A model generated the notes under the pieces. That model was not told the origin of the DNA. It saw only the letters and a program-made list of their open reading frames with translations, and did no database searches. DNA of 64,000 nucleotides from Candidatus Gastranaerophilales bacterium (lineage in GTDB: Bacteria; Cyanobacteriota; Vampirovibrionia; Gastranaerophilales; Gastranaerophilaceae): contig CALVAW010000001.1 of assembly GCA_944325655.1 (NCBI GenBank), positions 80,651 to 144,650 on the forward strand, read 5' to 3'. Below are positions 55,656 through 64,000 of this stretch, piece after piece. Position 1 is the stretch's first letter; each line of letters begins with the position of its first letter. A program made the translations under genes and the position numbers.

Positions 55656-57572
55656 ATGTTATTACAAGAAACTAAATTATTTACTAAAGAATATAAAGAA
55701 GTGATTGGTGAAGCTCTTGAAGTTTTAGGAAAGAAAAATCTTGCTCTTATTTTACAGGGGGTGAGTTTTCCTTCAAAAAAAAATGAAGACATAGGATTTG
55801 GAACATATAACTCCACTTGTGCAAAAGAACTTTTTAATTATTTAAAAGATATATTTACTGCTGTACAACTTGGTCCGAGCGGAAAAACAAAATTATCGGA
55901 TTCTTCACCATATACAGGAACAGTGTTTTCAAAAAATCCTTTATTTATAAATCTCAAGGATTTAACAACAGATAAATGGGACAAAATTTTATCTCAAAAA
56001 ACATTAGATAAAATAATTGAAATGAACCCGAACAAAAATTCAAACAAAGCGGCTTATGTCTATGCTATAGAGAGCATGGAATTGTGCGCAAATGAATTTT
56101 ATAAAAACTTCAAAAAAAATGCATCAAAAAACCTTAAAAAAGAATTTGAAACATTTAAAGAAGAAAATGCCTTTTGGTTAGATAAAGACTCGCTTTACGA
56201 AGCATTGTCAATAGAAAATAATTCAGATTATTGGCCTCAATGGAAAAATGAATTAGATAAAAAATTATTCAATACCAATGACAAAAAACAAGCTGAAAAA
56301 AGAATAAAAGAAATACAAAAAAAATACCTTGATACGATTGAAAAATATAAACTTGAACAATTTATTGTACAAAAACAAAGCGAAGAAACTCTGGAATATA
56401 CAAAAAAACTCGGCTTAAAATTAATTGCAGACAGGCAAGTAGCATTTTCCGACAGAGATAACTGGGCATATCAATCATTATTTTTAGACGGATGGTGTCT
56501 GGGTTGTCCTCCGGATTATTTCTCAAAAGACGGTCAAGCATGGGGATTTAGCGTTGTTAATCCTGAAAAACTTTTTAACAAAGACGGCTCACTGGGGGAA
56601 GCAGGAATACTGCTTAAAAAATTATATACAAAAATGTTCAAAGAAAACCCCGGAGGAGTCAGGATTGACCATACGGTAGGTTTAATTGACCCTTGGGTAT
56701 ATAAAAAAGGTCATCTTCCTAAAGTTGAAGAAGGTGCAGGCAGACTATATTCATCTCCCACTCATCCGGAACTTAAAAAATATTCAATAGCTAAAGAAGA
56801 AAATATTAATAAAACACCGATTAACGGAAAATTTGTGACGCCGGATGAAGAAAAATGGATAGATAATCTGACAGACGAACAAGTCACTTTGTATGGCAGA
56901 ATGATTGAAAAAATTGTAATAGCATCTGCTCTCGATGCCGGTTTGGATAAAAATTCAATTATAGCTGAAGATTTAGGCACTTTAACATTCCCTGTTGTAA
57001 AAGTTATGAAAAAATACAATCTGAAAGGAATGAAATTAGTTCAATTTGTTGTAACACAAGAAGAAGACCATCCATACAGATGCAAAAATATTGTACCTAA
57101 TTCTTGGGTAATGGTAGGGACACACGATAACGAACCAATAAGAATGTGGGCTTCAAAACTTGTAAATACCGAAGAAGCAAATCCATACATAAAAAATCTG
57201 ATAGAAGATTTATGCTCTGAATTTGGAAACAAAGATGAAATATGGCATAAAATGTATACTGATGAAAAATTCTTTGCTTTTATGAAGCTTGTTGAATGTT
57301 TTGCATCCAAAGCAGAAAATGTTCAAATTTTCTTTACGGATTTCTTCGGCATTAATGAAGTATATAACACACCCGGAACATCCGGCGATCCAAATTGGAC
57401 ATTACGTTTGCCAAGCAATTTCGAAGAATTTTACAAAGAAAAGTTAAGAAGCAATGAAGCTCTAAACTTGCCTTTAGCTATGATTTATGCTATGAAAGCT
57501 AGAGGATGGGAATTTTATAAAAACCATCAGGAACTATTGGAAAAATTAGAACTACTGGTAAATGAAAAATAA
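55656..57572 (+). CDS. malQ: 4-alpha-glucanotransferase (GH77)
   Basis: GVRIDHTVGLIDPW, IIAEDLGT, GTHDNEP, NTPGT motifs. Confidence 0.85.
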   Translation: MLLQETKLFTKEYKEVIGEALEVLGKKNLALILQGVSFPSKKNEDIGFGTYNSTCAKELFNYLKDIFTAVQLGPSGKTKLSDSSPYTGTVFSKNPLFINLKDLTTDKWDKILSQKTLDKIIEMNPNKNSNKAAYVYAIESMELCANEFYKNFKKNASKNLKKEFETFKEENAFWLDKDSLYEALSIENNSDYWPQWKNELDKKLFNTNDKKQAEKRIKEIQKKYLDTIEKYKLEQFIVQKQSEETLEYTKKLGLKLIADRQVAFSDRDNWAYQSLFLDGWCLGCPPDYFSKDGQAWGFSVVNPEKLFNKDGSLGEAGILLKKLYTKMFKENPGGVRIDHTVGLIDPWVYKKGHLPKVEEGAGRLYSSPTHPELKKYSIAKEENINKTPINGKFVTPDEEKWIDNLTDEQVTLYGRMIEKIVIASALDAGLDKNSIIAEDLGTLTFPVVKVMKKYNLKGMKLVQFVVTQEEDHPYRCKNIVPNSWVMVGTHDNEPIRMWASKLVNTEEANPYIKNLIEDLCSEFGNKDEIWHKMYTDEKFFAFMKLVECFASKAENVQIFFTDFFGINEVYNTPGTSGDPNWTLRLPSNFEEFYKEKLRSNEALNLPLAMIYAMKARGWEFYKNHQELLEKLELLVNEK

Positions 57573-58710
57573 ATTAACTAAAATTATTATTGCTCTATGC
57601 CTGTTTTTAATAAGCAGCACCGGAGTTTGGGCATTTTCTTTCAGAAATATGACACTGGATTTTGTCCAAATTTCAGATACTCATATATCAACAGACAGAG
57701 AAAACACCCCCTACAAAGCACTGGCATCTTCAAGCGAACTTCTAAAAGATGCAATAGAGCAGATAAACAATATAAAAGGACTTGATTTTGTAATGTTTAC
57801 GGGGGATATGGTAGATAGTGCCACCACAGACAATTACAGAGAATATTACAAACTTTTGACAAAATTGCACTACCCTACTTTAAATGCTTTCGGAAATCAT
57901 GACATTTCTTATAATGATTTAAGCAGGGATGAAGTCTTAGAGATTGTAAAAAAATGTAACCCTAACTATACATTTTCTGACACATACTATGCCTTCAGTC
58001 CAAAAACCGACTACAGAATTATTGTTCTTGACCCTATTATAACCGACAGAAACACTTCAAACGGAACGCTGCCGGATGAACAATTGCAATTTTTGGATAA
58101 TGAATTATCTCAAAATCAGGATAAAATTATCCTGATAGCAATGCATATCCCTTCCGTAGAACCTTTTGTCGCACAGGAACATTCGCTATTAAATGCAAAT
58201 GAATTTAATGAAATACTAATTAAATATAAAAATCCGATTATTGTAATATCGGGCCATTACCATGCAGCTAAAATCAGAAGAATAGGTAACATTGTATTTG
58301 TTTCAACTCCGTCTTTAGTTACATATCCTATGGCATTCAGGCATATCAAAATAACAAATTTTAAAGACAGGGTTACCTATAAATTTGATTTTATGTCAAC
58401 AAATCTTGAAGATGTTAAAGAACAAAACAGACAAAGTGTAATATCTTATGCAACTCTTGCCGGATATGAAAAAGACAGAACAACAAGTTTTACATACAAA
58501 AAAAGACAACATAAATCCGTACATTACAAAAGAAATAAAATTAAAAAAGCTTCCAAAACAACAAAAACCAAAAAAAGTGAAATAAAAAAATTGACCGAAC
58601 CGAAAAAACAAAAATTAAAGAAAGAAAAAACCAAAAAGAGCAAAAAAAGAAAAAATAACGAAGTACAAGAAAATATTGAACAAAAAACCATCATAGAACA
58701 AGAGAGTTAG
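57562..58710 (+). CDS. exported calcineurin-like metallophosphoesterase (CpdA-type) with polybasic tail
   Basis: Signal peptide. DTHIS, GDMVD, GNHD, MHIP, GHYH motifs. The last 90 aa or so are about 40% Lys/Arg. Confidence 0.75.
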   Translation: MKNKLTKIIIALCLFLISSTGVWAFSFRNMTLDFVQISDTHISTDRENTPYKALASSSELLKDAIEQINNIKGLDFVMFTGDMVDSATTDNYREYYKLLTKLHYPTLNAFGNHDISYNDLSRDEVLEIVKKCNPNYTFSDTYYAFSPKTDYRIIVLDPIITDRNTSNGTLPDEQLQFLDNELSQNQDKIILIAMHIPSVEPFVAQEHSLLNANEFNEILIKYKNPIIVISGHYHAAKIRRIGNIVFVSTPSLVTYPMAFRHIKITNFKDRVTYKFDFMSTNLEDVKEQNRQSVISYATLAGYEKDRTTSFTYKKRQHKSVHYKRNKIKKASKTTKTKKSEIKKLTEPKKQKLKKEKTKKSKKRKNNEVQENIEQKTIIEQES

Positions 58711-58716
58711 ATTACA

Positions 58717-59649
58717 ATGGAAGAAAACAATAAAAATGAAAAGTTTTTAGTAAAATTTAGAGGAACAAGAGGTTCTTACCCTACTCCAAAAGCTAATTAC
58801 TTAAAATTTGGCGGCAATACTGCTTGCGTAGAACTAACTTGCGGAAATCAACTAATAATATTAGATGCAGGCACAGGCATAATAGATATCGGTCTGGATG
58901 TAATTAGAAACTCTATCATTCAAAACAAAAAAAATCCGCACCAAGCAACAATTCTCTTAAGCCATCTGCATCAAGACCACATACAAGGACTTCAATTCTA
59001 CAAACCGCTATTCGAACCGTCATCAAAAATTAATCTTTTTGGCTTAAATACTAATGAGGAAAATTTAAAAGACACCCTAAAAACCATATTATTTGATAAA
59101 GTTTTTCCGCTGGGCATAGAAGAAATAAGAAGTGACTTCAAAATTAAAAATTTCAAAGAAAACAATGTAATAGTTGTGTCACAAAATGGTGAAACAAATT
59201 TTTATGACGAACAAAAACCTGATATTAAATACAAAGATGATGATATCATAATTACATCAAACAAAACACAAGCACACCCTAAAAGCGGATGTCTGTGCAT
59301 AAAAGTACAATATAAATCAAAAACTCTGGTATATGCAACAGATAAAGAAAGTTATATAGGAGCCGACAAAAAATTTATACAATTTGCATACGGTGCGGAT
59401 TGTTTAATTCATGATGCGCAATATACTTATCAGGACTACATTAACCCGATACAACCAAAGCAAGGATTTGGACATTCAACATTTGAAATGGCAATAGAAA
59501 ACTACAAATCCGCAAAAGCAAAAAAACTCTTTTTCTTTCACTATGACCCCGAATATGACGACAATAAACTCTCTATATTAGAAAAAGAATTTTCAAATAT
59601 GAACGAAAACATCTTTTTTGCAAAAGAAAATTATGAAATTGAACTATAA
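58717..59649 (+). CDS. MBL-fold metallo-hydrolase
   Basis: LLSHLHQDHIQG (HxHxDH), later HDAQY and FFHYDP. Confidence 0.75.
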   Translation: MEENNKNEKFLVKFRGTRGSYPTPKANYLKFGGNTACVELTCGNQLIILDAGTGIIDIGLDVIRNSIIQNKKNPHQATILLSHLHQDHIQGLQFYKPLFEPSSKINLFGLNTNEENLKDTLKTILFDKVFPLGIEEIRSDFKIKNFKENNVIVVSQNGETNFYDEQKPDIKYKDDDIIITSNKTQAHPKSGCLCIKVQYKSKTLVYATDKESYIGADKKFIQFAYGADCLIHDAQYTYQDYINPIQPKQGFGHSTFEMAIENYKSAKAKKLFFFHYDPEYDDNKLSILEKEFSNMNENIFFAKENYEIEL

Positions 59650-60205
59650 AATATTGATAATATTAAGTTGTCTACTTTTAGTGCCGGCTGTCGCATATTC
59701 CTCGACAAGGGGATTGGATGGTTATGAATGGCAAAAAATTGATGCGAAAAAAAACGCAAGAACACATTCGAATATGGGAAATATATACTTTGGAGAAAAA
59801 AATTACATTTCGGCATTAAAAGAATATGAGATTGCATACAATTTAACTTATGATTCACCCGAAAGCGCAACATACCTTTATAACATGGGAAGATGTCTTA
59901 TAAAATTAGAAAAATATGAACAAGCAAAAAGATTTCTAAAAGGAGCAATAAATAAAGATTGCATAAATATGACGTACTATGAAGCTTATGTAGAATCTTG
60001 TATTAAAACATATACAGAACAAAAAGAGCTGCAAAAAGCACTAAAAGATAACACAAATCCATATAACAGAATTATAGCAGGTTTAATTTATTATCAAACA
60101 GGAAATAAAACAGCAGCAAAAGCAATATTTGACGAATTTATCAATCAACACCCAAAAATGATAATTACAGACGATGTAAGGGCATATTTAAAAAAAATAA
60201 ATTAA
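59633..60205 (+). CDS. exported TPR-like repeat protein
   Basis: Signal peptide MKLNYKILIILSCLLLVPAVAYS. TPR-like NMGNIYFGEKNYISALKEYEIAY. The track ORF starts at TTG 59618. Confidence 0.6.
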   Translation: MKLNYKILIILSCLLLVPAVAYSSTRGLDGYEWQKIDAKKNARTHSNMGNIYFGEKNYISALKEYEIAYNLTYDSPESATYLYNMGRCLIKLEKYEQAKRFLKGAINKDCINMTYYEAYVESCIKTYTEQKELQKALKDNTNPYNRIIAGLIYYQTGNKTAAKAIFDEFINQHPKMIITDDVRAYLKKIN

Positions 60206-60257
60206 CATAAATTAAAACCGACAATAACATGCTGTTTTTCTGTGCTAAAATTTAACC

Positions 60258-63200
60258 ATGAAGTATGTTCCTCTACATATACATACAGAATATTCCTTAC
60301 TGGACGGGGCGATAAGAATACCCGAGTTCTACAAATATGCAGCACAAAACGACATGCCTGCAATCGCTATTACAGACCATGGTGTGATGTATGGCTGTGC
60401 GGATATGTTTATTGCAAAAAATGAAATGCTTTCCCACATGCTGGATGAAAGCGAACAAGAATTAAAGAAAAAAATTGAAGCAGTTAAACCAATATTGGGA
60501 TGTGAATTTTATATATGCGATGGAGATGTAATAGAAGACAGATCTAAAAAAACAATGTATCATCTTGTATTGCTTGCAAAAAATCAAAACGGATATCATA
60601 ATTTATGTAAATTAGATTCAATTGCAACAACTCAAGGCTACTATTATAAACCCAGAATTAACCATGAATTATTAGAAAAATACAAAGACGATTTAATATG
60701 TCTTTCAGCATGTATCCAAGGAGAAGTTGCAAAGCACTTTCTGGATGGAAATAAAGAAGAAGCTATAAAAAGAGCAAAATATTACAAAGAATTATTTAAA
60801 GACGACTATTATATTGAACTTCAAGACCATGGTTTAAGAGAACAAAAAGAATCAAACCCTTTCTTAATTGAAATTGCAAAAGAATTAAATATAAAAACAG
60901 TAATTACAAATGATTCGCACTATTTAAAAGCACAAGATGCAGCTTGGCATGATACATTGCTGTGCGAACAAACCAAATCATCAAAATCAAACCCCGACAG
61001 ATTTAAATTTTCAGTAAACGAATTTTATGTTAAAACTGTTGACGAACTAAAACAAGCATTTTCTTGGATGGATGAAGAATATTTCAATGAATGTATAAAC
61101 AATACGGTAGAAATTGCTAACAAAGTCGATTTTCAAATGGATAAATTGGAGTTTGGAAAAACAAAAGAATATCTGCCAAAATATCCTTGTCCTGACGGCT
61201 ATAATGAAGAAGAATATTTTAATTATCTTTGCTTGGAAGGTCTAAAAAAACGGTATGGAGAACCTTTAAGTCAATCAATTTTAGAGCGCTATGAATATGA
61301 AAAAAGCGTTATATTTAAAATGGGTTTTCCGGCTTATTTTCTTTTAACTTGGGACTTTATAAATTGGGCTAAAGAACATAAAATTCCGGTAGGTCCGGGC
61401 CGCGGGTCCGCAGCAGGTTCAATTGTTGCCTATGCACTGGGAATAACCGAACTTGATCCGATATACCATAATCTCTTGTTTGAAAGATTTTTAAACCCGG
61501 AAAGAATATCCATGCCCGATATCGATATAGATTTTTGCAAAAGAAGACGCGGAGAAGTAATCGATTATGTTTCGGACAAATGGGGTAAAGACCATGTATG
61601 TCAAATTATAACTTTTGGCACACTCGCGGCAAAAGCAGCTCTTAAAGCGGTGTGTAGAGTATATGACATTCCTTTTTCTCAAGCAAATGCCTGGGCTGCA
61701 ATGGTTCCTAATGCTCCGGGTACAAAATTAAAAGAAGCACTTTTAGATGGCATGGAGCTTAAAAAATTGTGTGATGAAAATTCACAAGTTCAAAGCCTCG
61801 TAGATGAAGCTTTGCACATGGAAGGTTTAAAAAACCAAACAGGCACACACGCAGCAGGTGTAATTATTGCCCCGCGCCCGATGGATGAAATAATACCCGT
61901 AGCACTATCTAAAGAAAAAGCGGCAACAACACAATATCCGATGGCAGGCATAGAAAAACTCGGTCTGTTAAAAATGGACTTTCTGGGACTTGAAACCTTA
62001 ACAATTATTCAAGATGCTCTTGATTTAATCAAAGAAAGAACAGGAAAAACAATAGACATTAACAATATTCCGCTTGACGATAAAGAAACATTTGAGCTTC
62101 TAAGCAAAGGAGAAACCGATGCAGTATTCCAGCTTGAATCCGGCGGAATGAAAAAATTGGTTAAAAGACTTAAACCAAACGTCTTTGAAGATTTAGGCGC
62201 TCTTGTTGCACTATATCGCCCCGGTCCGCTTGAGGCGGGAATGGTTGATGATTTTGTGGACAGAAAACACGGTCGTCAAAAAATAGAATATGCACATCCT
62301 CTTTTGGAAAATATTTTAAATGATACGTATGGAACAATACTGTATCAAGAGCAGATTATGCAAATTTTTCAAACATTAGCGGACTACTCACTGGGTGATG
62401 CCGATATGGTTCGTCGTATGATGGGTAAAAAGAAACTTCAACAAATGGCTGAGCAAAAAGAAAGATTTGTAAAAGCATCGGCTTCAAAGGGAATGACAAG
62501 CGATAGCGCAACAAAATTATTTGAGCAAATTGAAAGTTTTGCAAAATATTGTTTTAACAAGGCACATTCATCCGCTTATGCATTTGTTGCGTACCAAACC
62601 GCATATTTAAAAGCACATTTTCCTGTTGAGTATATGTGCGCTATGCTAACTTCAGTTGCAGATAATAAAGATAAAACCCAACAATACATTTTACAATGTC
62701 AAGCACAAGGAATTGAAGTATTGGCGCCTGATATAAACAAATCTAATTCACAATTCACTCCCGATAACAAAAATATTCGCTTTGGCTTAGCATCCATTAA
62801 AAACGTAGGTGAAGCCGTTATTAATCAAATTGAGACAGAAAGAAAAAATAAACCCTTTGAAAGCTTTTTTGATTTTTGCTCAAGGGTTGACTCCAAATGC
62901 TTGAATAAAAGAACACTGGAAAGCCTTATTAAAGCAGGTGCATTTACATCTATCGAAAAATCAAGAAAACAACTTTTAAATAATCTCGACAATGTGGTTG
63001 AATTTGTACATAACAATGAAAAAATTAAAATGTCAGGTCAAGTAAGTTTATTCTCCAGTCTTGGCGAAGAGCAACAAGAAGAGCTAAACATCCCCACTTT
63101 TAAATTAAACGGAAGCGGAGACGATGAATTTAGCGACACGCAAATTCAAATGTTTGAAAAAGAACTAATGGGTATTTATGTTACCTCTCACCCTCTTTCG

Positions 63201-63782
63201 TCCATAAAAGACACTTTAAAATATATAACCACTCAAACCATTGAAGATATTTTAGAAAATCCGAAACAAGATGAAATTGTTACAATCTGCGGATTATTAT
63301 CACAAATTTCTCAAAAACCGACAAAAAAAGACCCTTCAAAATTTATTAAAACAGGACAAATTGAAGACTTAACCGGAAGAATCGGTATAGTCGCTTTTCC
63401 TAAAATAGTTGAAACTTTTGGAGCGTTAATCGAATCAGAACACAAAGCAATTTTAAAAGCAAAAGTTAACATAAGAGATGAAGAAATTAACCTTTCTGTT
63501 ATAGAAGTTAAACCTATAGAACAAGTTAATCTTGTTACTTTGCATTTTTTAAAAGAATTTGCAGCAGAAGAAAATATCTTACTAAAAGAATTATTAACCA
63601 AACACAAAGGTGAAAATCCTGTTGTAATTGACTTTGAAGCACCTGATGAATTTAACAATATTAAAAGATATGAAATGCTTACAAATAACCATCTTTGGGT
63701 AGATATAAATAACCCCATAGAAAAAGAACTTATTGCTACATTTAAAGACAAGCTGGACGTTGAAATTCGAGCACTAGGATAA
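60258..63782 (+). CDS. dnaE: DNA polymerase III alpha subunit
   Basis: PHP domain (VPLHIHTEYSLLDGA), PDIDIDF catalytic aspartates, GLLKMDFLGL, OB-fold region; 1174 aa. Confidence 0.95.
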   Translation: MKYVPLHIHTEYSLLDGAIRIPEFYKYAAQNDMPAIAITDHGVMYGCADMFIAKNEMLSHMLDESEQELKKKIEAVKPILGCEFYICDGDVIEDRSKKTMYHLVLLAKNQNGYHNLCKLDSIATTQGYYYKPRINHELLEKYKDDLICLSACIQGEVAKHFLDGNKEEAIKRAKYYKELFKDDYYIELQDHGLREQKESNPFLIEIAKELNIKTVITNDSHYLKAQDAAWHDTLLCEQTKSSKSNPDRFKFSVNEFYVKTVDELKQAFSWMDEEYFNECINNTVEIANKVDFQMDKLEFGKTKEYLPKYPCPDGYNEEEYFNYLCLEGLKKRYGEPLSQSILERYEYEKSVIFKMGFPAYFLLTWDFINWAKEHKIPVGPGRGSAAGSIVAYALGITELDPIYHNLLFERFLNPERISMPDIDIDFCKRRRGEVIDYVSDKWGKDHVCQIITFGTLAAKAALKAVCRVYDIPFSQANAWAAMVPNAPGTKLKEALLDGMELKKLCDENSQVQSLVDEALHMEGLKNQTGTHAAGVIIAPRPMDEIIPVALSKEKAATTQYPMAGIEKLGLLKMDFLGLETLTIIQDALDLIKERTGKTIDINNIPLDDKETFELLSKGETDAVFQLESGGMKKLVKRLKPNVFEDLGALVALYRPGPLEAGMVDDFVDRKHGRQKIEYAHPLLENILNDTYGTILYQEQIMQIFQTLADYSLGDADMVRRMMGKKKLQQMAEQKERFVKASASKGMTSDSATKLFEQIESFAKYCFNKAHSSAYAFVAYQTAYLKAHFPVEYMCAMLTSVADNKDKTQQYILQCQAQGIEVLAPDINKSNSQFTPDNKNIRFGLASIKNVGEAVINQIETERKNKPFESFFDFCSRVDSKCLNKRTLESLIKAGAFTSIEKSRKQLLNNLDNVVEFVHNNEKIKMSGQVSLFSSLGEEQQEELNIPTFKLNGSGDDEFSDTQIQMFEKELMGIYVTSHPLSSIKDTLKYITTQTIEDILENPKQDEIVTICGLLSQISQKPTKKDPSKFIKTGQIEDLTGRIGIVAFPKIVETFGALIESEHKAILKAKVNIRDEEINLSVIEVKPIEQVNLVTLHFLKEFAAEENILLKELLTKHKGENPVVIDFEAPDEFNNIKRYEMLTNNHLWVDINNPIEKELIATFKDKLDVEIRALG

Positions 63783-64000
63783 TTTCGTTCCGATTTGTTT
63801 TATTTTTTCTCCCTCTTCTACCCATATCTGTGTGTCCGGATGTAAATTTTTAATTTCATTTGCAATTTCTTTTATACATATAGCAAACCTGGCATCTATA
63901 AAATTAATACTATCTATTTCTTCAATATAATATTCACTTGCACCGCAATTTGAACAAAATTTATCTTTTGGCACAATTTCACCCCAGACCAATCTTGCTT
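63774..64000 (-). CDS. hypothetical protein, start possibly beyond window end
   Basis: Frame stays open to nt 64000; the track start (TTG 63992) is arbitrary. Contains CSNCG. Overlaps the dnaE stop by 9 nt. Confidence 0.35.
   Translation of the reverse strand, partial: ARLVWGEIVPKDKFCSNCGASEYYIEEIDSINFIDARFAICIKEIANEIKNLHPDTQIWVEEGEKIKQIGTKLS

Noticed and set aside
58480-58700. The A-rich low-complexity DNA as a non-coding poly-A repeat or a mobile-element tail.
   Set aside because: It stays in frame with the phosphoesterase ORF and encodes a Lys-rich tail. No target-site duplications or element genes are present.
60242-60424. 60-aa ORF overlapping the dnaE start.
   Set aside because: It lies out of frame within the well-supported dnaE PHP domain coding region and has no SD or motif.
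1-64000. Mobile elements, a prophage, a restriction-modification or other defence island, CRISPR, rRNA or tRNA genes.
   Set aside because: Reading both strands by eye, I found no transposase, integrase, recombinase or phage structural motifs, no cas genes and no structured-RNA-like GC-rich blocks. The only methyltransferase has no nuclease partner. A tRNAscan/Infernal and defence-system HMM scan would be the decisive check.

Overview
AT-rich (by eye about 30% GC, not computed) chromosomal segment with about 65 protein-coding genes on both strands. I recognised no rRNA, tRNA, CRISPR array, transposase, integrase or prophage genes.

Housekeeping genes: gcvPB, queA, a class A PBP, metG, yebC, trxA, a glutaredoxin, nth, the 7TM-HD/ybeY/dgkA operon, queD, uppP, malQ, a GH13 amylase and dnaE.

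The content points to a diderm anaerobe:
- TolC-family genes, SLH-domain protein, two tripartite efflux systems.
- Rubredoxin, desulfoferrodoxin.
- A GTAC-type (cyanobacterial-style) LexA box in front of a lexA-umuC operon.

This fits a non-photosynthetic cyanobacterial relative (Melainabacteria/Vampirovibrionia-like), which is inference only.

Stretches the housekeeping genes do not explain:
1. A tandem trio of paralogous genes built from a 39-40 aa ankyrin-like module with near-exact 120-nt DNA periodicity (3..3131).
2. A compact locus between an ORFan and lexA that looks like a type I toxin-antitoxin pair. It has a 19-aa hydrophobic peptide ORF with a strong SD, opposed by a TTGACA promoter and a hairpin-U8 terminator on the other strand (34489..34626).
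3. A probably leaderless, LexA-box-controlled lexA-umuC dicistron.
4. Several large lineage-specific ORFans: a 555-aa protein with a Gly-rich hydrophobic hairpin and YD-like repeats, a 271-aa Gly/Ser/Ala-rich protein, a 564-aa coiled-coil protein with a minimal protein-kinase-like C-terminus, and a 635-aa membrane protein.
5. Enzymes with degenerate or rearranged catalytic motifs: a GGDEF domain reading GDEEF, a ferritin fold without any ExxH, a class A beta-lactamase fold lacking the Glu166 equivalent, and a methyltransferase with motif order I then IV and no restriction partner.

All functional calls rest on motifs read by eye from the translations. No database search was run.
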